Shown piece after piece: positions 1-12,900 of a DNA stretch of 64,000 nt. The DNA lies in NCBI GenBank assembly GCA_951406725.2, contig OX597815.1, positions 142,228,001 through 142,292,000 of the forward strand. The letters are read 5' to 3'. This DNA comes from Octopus vulgaris (Eukaryota). Numbering within the stretch: position 1 is the stretch's first letter; each line of letters begins with the position of its first letter. The position numbers and the translations under genes were made by a program. The notes below the pieces were generated by a model. The model made no database searches and had not been told where the DNA came from. It saw only the letters and a list, made by a program, of their open reading frames with translations.

Positions 1-1999
1 CTCTTCTCTTTATGCTTAAAAATCTCAAAGAAGGAGTTATCTTGGATAAGAGAATTCATTTCGATAATACCAGATGCATGTACACCTCTTAAAAATAGCA
101 GAACCCACTCAGTCACGTTAAAGCGAAATTAAAATTTTACCCAAGATCATAAATCTTTTTCACTGTCAACAAGTTACAGTAACTCTTCGGTTCGTTCCTT
201 CTGTGTGGGAAGGAACCCAAAGCAATGTATCTGCAAAGAGAACGCCTTCAAGAAACTACCATTACTTCATTGTAATAAAATTATGCCCGAATTCTTAATA
301 GTTTTGCAATTACGATACCAAAAGATAAACGGCTTGCATATAACAATATTTTATCATTTTACAACTTAGTATTTATTGTGTCCTATAAATGTGATATTAT
401 TGACATTTTATATAGAAATCTACGTTACTGTTTTATCGACCCTCGTCAGAAATATCTCAAGTATAGGTTTGCTAGGATATATATTGAAGGCCTTAATACA
501 GAGTATACCAAGTTAAATCTATTAATTCATCATAAGTGGTGATCAGTCTGCCCAAATTCAGTCGAATATGTTTTAGAAGGTGATTTCTCCGGCCACTTAT
601 TGAAATGATATTACAGAAAGAACCAATTTATCTCGCTACTATTTCAAGTTGCTGCAAAATATGGTCTGTGATATTAAGAAATTCTGCTTGGTGTTGGCCG
701 GCTCAGATATATAAATCAGTTTTGGGTTTCATTGTGATACATTCAATATGTCAATACCGAAAAGCTTATTCATATCAGAACTGACTTTGATAAATGCTCT
801 GTAGTTAGAGTTACTGTGGGTGGTATTACCGTTTCCCATACAACATAGAAACATGCAATTACACATACTTCACATTGACAGAATATTGATTGAAGAAATA
901 TGTTCATATACTATGTATGTGTGTGTTAGAATTTTTTTCAATGTGATGTTATTGATGTTGCCCCATACATCTGCATCTACATCAGTAGTTTTTTCAAGTT
1001 ATGTTTATCCGGAGAAATTTGAAAAAGTCAAGAAAAAACTAGCAGACGTTTAGAATCAATATTCTGTGAATTCTCAAAGTGACATTGGCATATACTTATA
1101 GGCGAAATACTTTCACCGAAACAGGCGTATAACTTTCGATTTTGCTTTCATTTTGTTTTTCCCCCATTTTTTTCAGACAAAAATTCGATAGTCAATTCTT
1201 CGTACAAAAGAATATATATAAAATAAAAAATATGATAAATAACTTATCCAGTATTATACGCAGGTGAGCGTTGTGAACAAGCTTTGCATTTGTTTATAAA
1301 TTCGATTTCTTTCTTGAACATATTACCTCTTAAAATATGAAGCTTGTCTTTCAATAAAGAAAACTATACATGTAATGTGAGTAGTATATGCATTGAAAGA
1401 AAATCGATTTCCCCTTATCTCTTAGTCTGAAGGGTAGACTAATATGGTTATATCCTTTTCAGGAAGACCTACAGTAATCAGGTCAAACAGAATAATATAT
1501 TCGGATGACAATGTTTTTGTGCTCGTAATGAATATATAGTAGACATTCTACACGCAGTACATTACATTATAAGACTTCAAAATCAATGCATTATAAATAT
1601 ATGGATGTACATATGTGAATGTATGTAGTGTATGTATGTATATAAATATATAAATATACATACATACATACATATATATATATGTATATATATATACATA
1701 CACGCATGCATATTTGCATCAGCGCGTGTGTGTGTGTCTTTGAGTATTTGTGATTGTGTGTCCGTGCGTGTGCGTGCATATATGTAAATATATTCTGCTA
1801 AAGGTTACAGTAATTAGACTACGGCAATGACAGGTTATTATATTCAGAGGGTTAACCACTTATTCGGTTCTCTTACGGATTTAATCATTAATATTTATCG
1901 AAGGAGAAAAGTGTTTCTGGACGTAAAAGCATACAAGCTTGCCGTTTAAAAAATTAGTATAGACAAGAAGGTTGTTTTCTTAAAGAATCACAACGTATG

Positions 2000-2137
<138 letters not shown>

Positions 2138-2154
2138 AGAAATATTAAAATTAT

Positions 2155-2399
2155 TAAAGCTGTCGCTGATTAGCTCCAAGAGGCCATCGCCTCTAGCTAG
2201 CTATATGACACACGAACTTGCGTCCATTACAACCTTCGAACAGGAGAGGTCAGCTGCTTCACCTTGCTAGTCAGATATCTGCAGACATGTTTCAGGGTTG
2301 TTGCTCTTTATCAATGCAGCGTAGTCAGACCCGCAGGTTCGTGTGTCATATAGCTAGCTAGAGGCGATGGCCTCTCGGAGCTAATCAGCGACAGCTTTA
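2155..2399. repeat. Fold-back element: 68-bp inverted arms around an HHR-containing spacer (probable PLE pseudo-LTR relic)
   Basis: 2155-2222 is the reverse complement of 2332-2399 with 2 mismatches; (TA)n tracts lie on both sides; the left arm and spacer recur at 57003-57210. Confidence 0.9.
2279..2319 (-). ncRNA. Minimal type I hammerhead ribozyme motif, U3:A8 variant
   Basis: Minus-strand RNA CUGCA-UUGAUAA-AGAGCAACAACCCU-GAAA-CAUG-UC-UGCAG: 5-bp helix I, 4-bp helix II with one mismatch, palindromic loop III, GUC triplet. Confidence 0.78.
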
Positions 2400-2662
2400 G
2401 TCTTATATTTATAGACTACCATATTAGTATGGCGATAACTATTAATATATATATATATATATATTAGAAGGTTTGGAGATGATGTACAAGCATTTTATAT
2501 TAGAAGAAATGAGGTACTCAGAAATTCGGAAGGTTTTATATTTACAGATATTTATTTGGATAATACATGTTTTTATACATCATATAACTTATATCATATA
2601 TCAGGTATTAGCACTTTCGTCCATTTTGGTGGATTTTTCAAATATATGTATGTATATATATA

Positions 2663-2941
2663 TATTACGGAGATGTACTTGCATACCAAGTGACTTGATC
2701 TGAGATCGTGTGCTGGAACGAAAACAATTGCAGCGTGGAAGTTGTGTATAAGCCATTTAAGAAACGCACAAAAAGCGTTAGATTCACTGACAAAACTTTA
2801 TGCTGTATTTGTCAGTGAACAGGTCGCGGTCTCAAAGCGACGAAAATATTTTGACAACTTAAATTTAAATGTTGAAATGAATCTAACGGTTTTTGTGTGT
2901 TTCTTAAATGACTTATAAACACCTTCCACGCTGCAATTGTT

Positions 2942-2942
<1 letters not shown>
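2663..2942. repeat. Second fold-back element (65-bp inverted arms) between (TA)n tracts
   Basis: 2722-2786 matches the reverse complement of 2878-2942 at 60/65 positions; unrelated in sequence to the 2155-2399 element. Confidence 0.9.
2809..2857 (+). ncRNA. Minimal type I hammerhead ribozyme motif, G3:C8 variant
   Basis: UUGUCA-GUGAACA-G-GUCGC-ggucucaaa-GCGAC-GAAA-AUAU-UU-UGACAA: perfect 6-bp helix I, 5-bp helix II, palindromic loop III. Confidence 0.78.
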
Positions 2943-2980
<38 letters not shown>

Positions 2981-3048
2981 GGGGAGAGAGAGAGAGAGAG
3001 AGAGAGAGTGAAGCGTAGGAGAGGCTATAGACACAGGTATATCTTATA

Positions 3049-3167
3049 GACGCAGGAGTGGTTGTTTGGTAAGGAGCTTGCTTTCAAACCACGTGGTTCC
3101 AGTTTCAGTCCTGCTGAGTAGCACCTTAGATACGTGTTTCTATTATACCCACAGGCCGATCAAAGCC
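3049..3167 (+). mobile_element. tRNA-derived SINE 5' fragment (family of 33456-33900)
   Basis: gacgcaggagtggttgtttggtaaggagcttgc...ggccgatcaaagcc aligns with the head of the 33456 copy. Confidence 0.75.
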
Positions 3168-5379
3168 ATATGTATATATATATATTACACTAATGATTTT
3201 TACATGCAGAACTATATTTCATCAAAATTTTCTCTCCAAAATTGAATGTTTAGAAAAAAAAGGAAAAGATGTGATAGTACATTTTGTATTCTAAATATAC
3301 CACAAGGAGGAGAAAAATAAAGAGAGAAAAATGAAGGAAAGAGGAAGAGAGAAAGAAAGCAAAAAGACTCTCAGCGATGACACTCTGGTTAATAACTAAG
3401 TAAATAAATCAATGGTGAATAGCAAGGGGGTCGCCATCTTCTCTCTCTCTCTCCCTCTCCCTCTATCTATCTATCTATCTATCTGTCAGCCTAACTATGT
3501 AGGACTATTTCTATCTATCCATCTCAATTGTCATGGAACCTCACCCTCCCACAAAAAACAATACAAAAGCAATGTTCTCTTCTAAACAAAATCCCCAAAA
3601 CAGGTTTCATATAAATGAACAAGTTTGTTTGTACATTCACAAAGTATTACTTGACGAGTTCGTGAAACGAACGAAGGCGCTAATAATAATGAAGAAATGC
3701 AAATGAATTTTCTCCAAAATACTGACGACGTTTTTTTCTCAACATTTAATTTCTGTACATCAAACCTAACACATTATATATATATATACATGTGCTTGTG
3801 TGCATGCAGAAATTTGATGTGTAATCATGGTATGTGATAAAATGTTGTTCAATGATCTATTGCAATTTAATTGTTCTCTGAAGAAGTTTTAACAGTACAG
3901 TCGCATTTGTATTACTTGAATATACCTTGTTGAAAATCCATTTTCAGATGCTGATAAGTTTTTAGTTCTATATTTGTGACGTAGCTTATTGATTATTTGC
4001 GTTAGGATTCATGTATAACTTTATTATATTTGAAAACCAAATTATAACTTCTTGATAATCCTACGAATATCATATAAGGCGGTATTAATTTTAACATTTC
4101 AAATATATTTTATATGATTTTGTTTAGTTAATTAACTAATATTTCTGGTAAACACTAATTTTAATTTCCAAGATCAGCGGAAGCTTTCAGAACAAATATT
4201 TTATGAAATGTATACAAATCCTCTACAGTAATGAATAGTGTGCATTGTATAGAATGCAAATCCTCGATTCGTCTAATAACTGTATGTTAGTAGAGAACAA
4301 AATATTTTGATTATTTTATGTATACACTTTTGATCTTATTTTGTACTTAATAACTCTGTACACTTTAGTTTACATGTTGAGGTGCCTGTATCATAAAATA
4401 GTCCATAACTTGTACTGTGTGATTATTTTGTATATTTACGATGCCTGAGAGACTACCGTGAAAAGTAATATCACTGATATGGCTGGCTATAAATGCAAAA
4501 AAGAGACATCAGAAAAATCGTTATATGAGAGAAACTATTGATGCTTCATTTTTACATGAAATTGTGGTAGACATTGCCATTTTTATTGTACGTTATTTTG
4601 AGTTGGCTGAAGATTATATTTCAAAAGTGAAACCATATGTGCATGGTTTGTTGCATCCCAAAGTAAAGCACGCTGACGGGCCCAGCAATCGTTCTCCATA
4701 GTGATCTGAAGTTTAAGGTCTCCAAATCAATGAAGATATACGTTAAAATACCTTACTAAATAGCCTTAAATCTATCTCTCCACGTGCTACTTTCTCGTAA
4801 TGAACATCCGTACGTTTTCTCAGAGCCATTGGAAACCTACTCTATTACCGTCACTCACTATAAAATCGCGTTTTATAGACATTTTGGGAAATACAGTTTG
4901 CTCTGGGAATCAACCATGCAGATGGCCTATCAAACGTTCCTACCTAAACGCTTCCTGTATCTCTCATTCTCTGAATCCGTAGCTTTCGAACTAATGGCAT
5001 CATTGTAATATTTATCGATAGCGTTTCACTGCTCTATTATCAGATTGTCTTGTTCCTTATGTTTTGACTCTCAACAATAATGATTGTCACCCAACTAGCC
5101 GCTACATCGAAAATTGTTCCTCTTGTTGTAATCACCTGGCCCTTCTGTCCTTTCTAATCTTCCGCAACAATGCAATATCCACACGCTATTTAGACACCCC
5201 TACCAATGCTACATCAATTACATTAACAGACCTTGAACGAATTCTCTAGTTAATGCAAACCAATTTTGTTTTATTTTGTTAACAGGAAATACGTGAAATG
5301 CTATGAATACAAGAAAAAGTGTACAACACTACACACACCCTCTAATCACAAAGATAACTTTAATAGAGTCCACAAAGTT

Positions 5380-5530
5380 GCTCCCATATTGAACCTTTCT
5401 ATGATATTAGGACATGACTTCTGACATTCTAGGAGGCTTAAATGAGAGAATATTTGAGTACTGCAAACGCATCTGAAATAGGGATGCAGCTACGGACATT
5501 GACGTCTTGGACTGCATCTAGAGGATGCCT
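5380..5530 (+). mobile_element. Degraded LINE RT C-terminal relic
   Basis: Reads IFEYCKRI*NRDAATDIDVLDCI*R, resembling the RPILEY...W.P...DI..LE.VQR motif of the LINEs in this window. Confidence 0.45.
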
Positions 5531-5699
5531 TCTTTTTTATGGAGGTCATTTTCCAAGCGTTGCCTCGCTAGGTAAAACTGCTGTGGATAATAATTAAATG
5601 TAATCAATTTTTGCTTCAACTTGAATTCATTTGCAACTGGTTTGTTATTGCTGTGCTAGAAATTGGGGAAACATTTAAGGAAAAAAATATATCAAAGCC

Positions 5700-6125
5700 T
5701 ATTAACTAATTCGAAGAAGTTTTTAGGCTCAATTCAGACAGTTAAGTGCTGGGGTCATTGATCAATCCTAGAGATGGTTGCTGCTGGAAGAATATATGTG
5801 TACGGTAGCAGGATTCGGGCTCCTTGTCATACCTGCAGAAAGACCACAGGTGGCTGTCAGAGAATTTCTACAACTCCACAAACACCAATTCCTGTCTTCT
5901 TATTTCACCTCTCTATAATCCCATATATTACTATGTGAGGGACACTGATGAGAAAGACATCAATCAAACTGCCTACAACGTTGAACTCGAGCTGATGACT
6001 AAAATCGAAGAGGTGTTCAAGAAGCTTCCTAGTATGTAGTGAGGAAGGTATATGCTAGATTTCAGAGTCGTCTGAAGGCCGTGGTGGAAGCTGAGAACGG
6101 CTGTTTGAATAAGCTATTATCTCAT
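5700..6125 (+). mobile_element. Tc1/mariner-superfamily (maT/DD37D-like) transposase relic
   Basis: Frameshifted QDSG..CHTCRKT..WLSENFYN...ISPLYNPIYYYVR...EKDIN, matching QQDSAPCHT...WPPNSPDxNPxDYYVW. Confidence 0.7.
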
Positions 6126-6128
6126 CTC

Positions 6129-6168
6129 CTTAATCTGGTGGATATTATCTTAATCTGGTGGATATTAT
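6129..6168. repeat. Perfect 20-bp tandem duplication
   Basis: cttaatctggtggatattat x2. Confidence 0.95.
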
Positions 6169-6306
6169 CTTTTTTTTTTTTTTGCTTAGAATACATTAAT
6201 TGGCAGATGTGATAATGTGTTTTGTTTACCTTTTATGCAAAATATCAAATTTATCTCGAATGCGTGTGTGTGTGTGTGTGTGAGGGGGTGAGTGTGTGCG
6301 TAAGTG

Positions 6307-7712
6307 TTTTTAAAACCAAGGTGCGTACCTCCCGTAAGTACTCTAGGAGCTGTTTTACCAAGATGCTGCCTACATTTGGACAGGTGAAATACGTCAATCA
6401 AATATTTACATTTGAAATATTCAAATTAAATTATTTTCGATAAATGTAAGGAAATCGTGTAATTAGATGACTGACCCTGGAGGAAATTGCACCGATGAGG
6501 ATGAATAATTGCATACAGAACAATGTGCATTTGCTACAGTAGAATCATATCTTGATCATTGTTATATATGCTGTAGAAGACATTTTAAAAAAGTTTTGGA
6601 TGTGTATAAATCACAACTCTCTTCTTCGTTTTCAATTGTATTTATATATGTATATGTGTCTGTGGAAATTTTGTTATACTAAGTGTAGTTAAACTGATAT
6701 TCATTTCTTTATTACCCACAGGGGCTAAACATAGAAGGGACAAACAAGACATAGAAATTAAGTTGATTACATTGACCCTAGTGCGTAACTGGTACATGTT
6801 TAATCGACCCCGAAAGGAGAAGAGGCAAATTCGTGCTCGGCGGAATTTGAACTCAGAACGAAATAGCGGCACATGAAATACCTATTTTTTACTATCCACA
6901 AGGGGCTAAACATAGAGGGGACAAACAAGGACAGACCAACGGATCAAGTCGATTATATCGACCCTAGTGCGTAACTGCTCCTTAATTTATCGACCCCGAA
7001 AGAATGAAAGTCAAAGTCGACCTCGGCGGAATTTGAACTCAGAACGTAACGGCACATGAAATACCGCCAAGCATTCACTCAGCGTCCTAACGATTCCGCC
7101 AACTCGCCGCCCTGTGTATTTATATTTATATTGCACTAGACCACGTTACTCAGCCAAGTGAATTCTGTGAGGTAACTAGAGGTGACAGAAAGAATTAGAA
7201 AGGATAATGTTTTCTCGTAAAGTCATCGCATTAAAACTTAATCCTCTCGAATTGAAAATATATGGCATCACACTTCTTTAATTCAAAAATTTCAATTCAC
7301 ATTTAATTTGATTTTAAGAATGCGTACCAAACAATTTTCTGACATGACAAAAAAAATTATACATTCATCATCCGTTTTTCAAATTTCACATAACTAATTG
7401 CATCAAATTTTTGTTGAAGCTAACGACGAACCTTACCTTAGTTACATTTATTTATATATATCTCTGATCCCTCTCGATTTTTGTTTTTTATGTCCTTTTT
7501 TATTTTAAAAAATATGCTGAGTGAGGCATTGCTAAATAACAATCAACCCATTTGATTCATATTTTAAAACGTGGATGCGTACTTCCCGTAATTTTTGGCT
7601 GCTTTGCATACATTTGGACAGGTGAAATAAGTCAATCAAATAATTACATTTGAAATATTCAAATTAAACCTTTTTTGATAAATGTAAAGAAATATTTTAT
7701 CGCGTAATTTAA
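6307..7712. repeat. Pair of ~150-bp diverged direct repeats (6307-6463 and 7562-7712)
   Basis: Shared tacatttggacaggtgaaata.gtcaatcaaata.ttacatttgaaatattcaaattaaa...gataaatgtaa. Confidence 0.85.
6695..7113 (-). mobile_element. Two tandem copies of a tRNA-derived SINE (octopus-type)
   Basis: Minus-strand head ggcggcgagttggcggaatcgttag with B-box-like gagttcaaattcc; body repeated at about 6695-6880 and 6880-7113; same family at 30530, 36270, 38210 and 61530. Confidence 0.85.
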
Positions 7713-9789
7713 TCTAAAGATATAAATTATTTCAACCCATGTACGAGTTCCATGCAAAATATATTAAACAGTGTTTTAATGTGTACCTTCTATCTATCAA
7801 ATGAAGGAGTGTTTCGAAAGTTAGAAGCGAAACCGGAACAAGATCGAAGAATCACATTAGAAGGTATGGATCATTTACCATTCCACCTCCTGCCACATCT
7901 CCCTACCTAATCAAGTTAATCAGTCGTGCACATTCGTAAACCATTGATATAACAAGTTAATGTGAGTTCTCTTTTGAGAAACCATTACTCTTCATCTAGA
8001 ATACATCTGAGAATATTGTACATAATGAACTAAATTTGTTGATTAAAAGGATCAGACAATCTTTATGGCCGTCTCTTTTACAAAGATTTGATTTATTATT
8101 GGACAAAAAATAATTTCCTTTGATTGTCTGATGGCTCATATATCAAAATCAATATTATATCTTGAAAAATTTCGTTAAAAAAATCGTAAAAACGCAAAAT
8201 CTTTCTCTTGATTTGAGATTTAACACACCTCTCGATCCATTAACTTTCTTTAATAACCACTTATAACTTTAATGCATAAAGTTAACGTTTGTTGTGGGAA
8301 GGATTAATTCAAACCTAATTATGTATGTGTCAAATATATTAATAAATCAGAACAATCTGACTTCTAACATTTCATGGTTTATTGAACAGAGAGGGGTAGA
8401 TTACCAATAGTCTTTCAAATTTCCTTTTGAAAATCAGTCTGAAGCTACTGGTTCTCATATTCCGACTCAAAATATCATCATAAATAGAACAAAATTATTA
8501 TCTTAGGTACATGAATTGGGACAACCGGAAAGAAAGAGTGGATTTTATAAAAGAAAGTAGGATAAATGTATAAAGTATGATACCGTTTTTTATTTGTATG
8601 GGTCTGATGAATGTACTATCATTCTATGTTTATTGTGTGAGGTATTAAGCTGTTACAGTGTTTTAATTTTCTTCACTGTTCAAAATGCAGGAACGGTAAC
8701 TGAAATGGATACGTTTTCTATGTAAGTTTTTATTGAATTTTCAAACAAATCTCTCCTGAATCTAAAGTAGCAACTTAACGTTTGTGATAATATTATAGTA
8801 ATGTTCCAGGCGTGCGATCCTCCACAAAGATATTCAAAGATTCTAAGATTTTCAAATTCGTTACAATGGTAAAGCATTTGTGATGAGATCGTCCTAAGTA
8901 TCTGCTTAGATTTGCTTGGATGTACCCTTTCTATATATGATCACTGTAACTCAGTGAATTTGAATAATATAGAATACTAATATCTGTATGTGGCAAGGGC
9001 GTAATGCATTCGATTAAGGCGATGTGTATGTGGTAACACATGTGTAGGATATCGGAAGAACAGGTATTAATTTTAGGGAGGTAAAATGTGTTAATGGTGC
9101 TTGAAGATTGTACCCTCAAGAAAAAAAAAGCCATGAATGAAAATATTTGGCACACTTTATAAAATGCATATTACGCTCCTGTGAAAATTCCTTTTATACA
9201 TACTGATTCATAGTTAACGTTTACAAGAGCCTGAATTCTGTTTATGCAGCAAAGTAGAAAATACTTAAAGATAGCAAAATATTATAGTTATAGAATATTC
9301 TCAGTTATTCTCAAGACTTCTCCAAAACTATGTGAATATAGTAACTTGAGATATATTTCAATTTAATTTCTTTCCCCACTACAGTAAGCTTGAAGTAAAT
9401 GCAAATCCACTTATTTTCTGGATGATAACAATTCCAAAGTGTATCACTGAGAAGTATAACTGAACAGACAACAGCTATTACTAGCAAATTCTCTGCTACT
9501 TCAGCTACACATAAATAAAAGTTTTCATGACGGATGCAGGTCTTAATTCCCGATGGTTGTTTAAAAATACAGCAGTGTTCACATGCCCCTACTTATACAG
9601 GGATAAGATGAAAATACCAATATTTCTGTAACAGCAATTACATTCAACACTTTATTTCTAAAATGAAAACAGTAACATTCTATAAGAATTCCTATGTATT
9701 AAAGAAAGTCACGTGTATATATATGAGAGATTTCCACGCACATGTATTGAGTATAATAATATTCATTTACACACTCAAAAGCATACGCA

Positions 9790-9790
9790 C

Positions 9791-9879
<89 letters not shown>

Positions 9880-9933
9880 CACATATACATTTACACAGAC
9901 ACACACACATATATATATATATACATACACACA

Positions 9934-9966
<33 letters not shown>

Positions 9967-9968
9967 CA
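9790..9968. repeat. (TA)n/(CA)n compound microsatellite
   Basis: Direct reading. Confidence 0.95.
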
Positions 9969-12900
9969 TGTTTATAATCGTAAGACTGTTAGGGCCATTA
10001 TAAGAATTTACTGCTCCCAAAGAGAGTGGCTTGTTTTACAATAGGTTTAAATGAAGAAATATATTTCGTATATAGCTTTATTGATTCGATACGTTATTCA
10101 GCCTTTAATGGCGGCTTTATGTTATTCTGGCGTTTGGAATTGCTATTGTAGGCATTTTATTCATCAGTAAGTTCTATATTATAACGCCTTGGATACTAGT
10201 TCCTATACGCTAGTATGTTATTATTGTATTTTACACTACATATTAAATAAAATCACAAAAATAATTATATTATAGGAGAAAATATGCATGAAAACCATTT
10301 ATATACATCATTAAACGAAATATAATACAGCTCAGAGGCAAACTTAAATATATTATCTAGATGGAAATATGCGTTTTGCATCAAGCTTAAACCTTTTCAG
10401 ATATCTTTGTTAGCTTTATAACAGTTCCCTGAAGTGACACAAGTTGTAAATTTGCAGATAAATTTAATATGGAGTTAGTTTTAGGAATGTCTATATCAAA
10501 TTATATTTCTGCCAAGGTAAATATATGAGCACTAGTAGGGTACCACTGGATCATTGATAATTGTGTTCTAAAAGTAGTAATACACAAACCTATAAGAATC
10601 CATGTGTATATGTACGTACATACGTACACACACATGCATATACACACCCGCAAACATATATACGTACATAAATGTAAGAAATCTCCATTTTACTTATCAG
10701 TATTAATGGTATACGCACACACATACATATACACACATACAGGAAAGCAAAAGACGAGGACAGCAAAAGACGAGAACAGAAACTCTAGTCAGTGTGTAAC
10801 ATGTAAAGCTAGAGAAGGGAGCGATGTTCTCCTCGTGCAAATATTAAAGGGTTCCCTCTTCTCATCACAACAAACAATAATAATATGTGTATATAAATGT
10901 ATATAATTATCTAAGCTGTCACAAAGATTATGAATTATTTTTAATATTGTCTAATCTAAATGCTGGCTCAAAAGGACGATTGATTTTCGAGTACCTCAGC
11001 CTCAAGTTTTTACGATAATATTGATAGTTTCAGTGAGAATTTGAAAACAGAAGGAAAATTTATGAAAAAAATAAGAGACACGACTTCACAATACAAGGGA
11101 AGAAAAAGGAATGTATACAAACTAGACAGATTAGTAAGGTGTATTTTGATCCACTAAACAATATATATTAGATTATTAAGTTTTAACAACAAACAAGATG
11201 TGGACAAATATCCGTCAAATATAAATAATGTAAATAATGTGCATAATTCCTCATCCCTTAAATACGGAACTGTATTATAAATTTTCACGTTTTTTCGAAA
11301 GTTTCTTTAATTCCCATTTGCATCCCGTATCGTTATCGCTTGCATTTTTAACTTTGTATATCCCAAGTTTATTCTGCTTTCTTACATTACTTATTAGTGT
11401 ATTCTCCCACTTAATTTCCCCTTCTCATTTATATTCTTATATTCATTGATATTCTTATATTCACTGATACATTATGGATTTCTTTTTTAGAGTGATTCAT
11501 AGGAGTAAGGTGTTGATCTAATTGAAAGCGCTATGTCCATGGCCAGTGGATATTTGATATTCGTTCACGCTTCCAATACCTTTGCTTTTTATTCTTTCTA
11601 TCCAGCCTTTATTTGTAGTTTTAGCTAAACTTCTTTGGACGGCAATTAGTATGAAGTGGTCATTTGAGTGATTACTTTTCATTTCATTGGGCATTTCGAA
11701 CGCAAATATGGCATTGGCTACGTCGCATTATAGGGTTAAAACTCAACTGCTGTATTTATATAAAAACCTATCCAGACAGATAATTATTTTATTCATGTTT
11801 GATTGATAACGGGCATTGCACTATGTTCTAAAATAATGTTAATAATGGCATGATTGTGTCGTATTTGATATCGTTGCGTGGCAGAAAGAGATTAAGCGTA
11901 CATCTAACTCCATAAATATGTCTATAATTATGTGCAGCATTATCACTGTAACTAGTATCTAGATTACTACCAAACGTATGGTACGAAAATAAGACGTTAC
12001 GTTGATTATAAAATTGGAAAAATTAGTATGAATGTCTTAATATTATTTACAAAGGTCGTCAGCCACTCGAAGTAACTAATGAATGTTGTTCAGGAGTTTG
12101 AATCGGCCATCAAAATGAGCACAATGTCAGGAAAATATGCCAAATCATTTTATATAGATGTAAAGTAATTAACGAAAGAGAAATTCAATAAGATGCACAA
12201 ATTAAAATAAGTGAATTACAAAAGATCCTTTCAAATAGCAATTCAGGTTAATGTAACTAACAGGGCGGAGAACATAGAAATCAATAAAAAGAAGTTAATT
12301 TAGAATGATTCCCGCGAAAACATTATAGGAATGTAAAAACAAACAATTCACTCAAACTGAACAATGAGTTAATAGGTATAATTTTTCTAGCAATCAAATG
12401 GTATTTTACAGCAAAAACAAATTATATTGGACGTTAATTCAATTGACGAGCTGGGATAAGAAAGCAAGAATATACTATTATGATCTGAATCCATCTCTTT
12501 AACTTTCATAGAATTAGAATTTTTTGGCACCACATTAATATAAGTCGATGCCTAACACAAATTACAAACGAACAACAGTCTGGAAAAATAACTAGAAAGA
12601 ATAATTTGGAAACCAATTACCATAGAAAGGAAACAAGAATAAAAACATTTTCACTTATAACTAAAAAAATGCAGTGTAATCTCGAGACTATCTATGCTCC
12701 AAATTTCCGTGGTAACAAAACTGTACGAAGAACGTAAGTCTCAGAAAGAGATGTAAATTGAAATTGAATTTGAAGAGGTAATAAACAACAAATGAAAGGT
12801 AAACATTTTGCTTTATCAAATACAAGCAATATGGAGTATTATTCAGCGCATCAATGACTAAAATCTTTCGACTAAATGACAACTGGAGACATTGATATTA

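Noticed and set aside
415-455. Minus-strand CUGACGA...GUAA-CG-UA
   Set aside because: No helix II, GAAA mutated, poor helix I
6990-7113. tRNA genes at A/B-box motifs (also 29590-29651, 30530, 33456)
   Set aside because: They are SINE heads joined to repeated bodies, without a full cloverleaf
10125-10172. Minus-strand CUGAUGA...CAAA-CG
   Set aside because: Too degenerate; helix I and UH are missing
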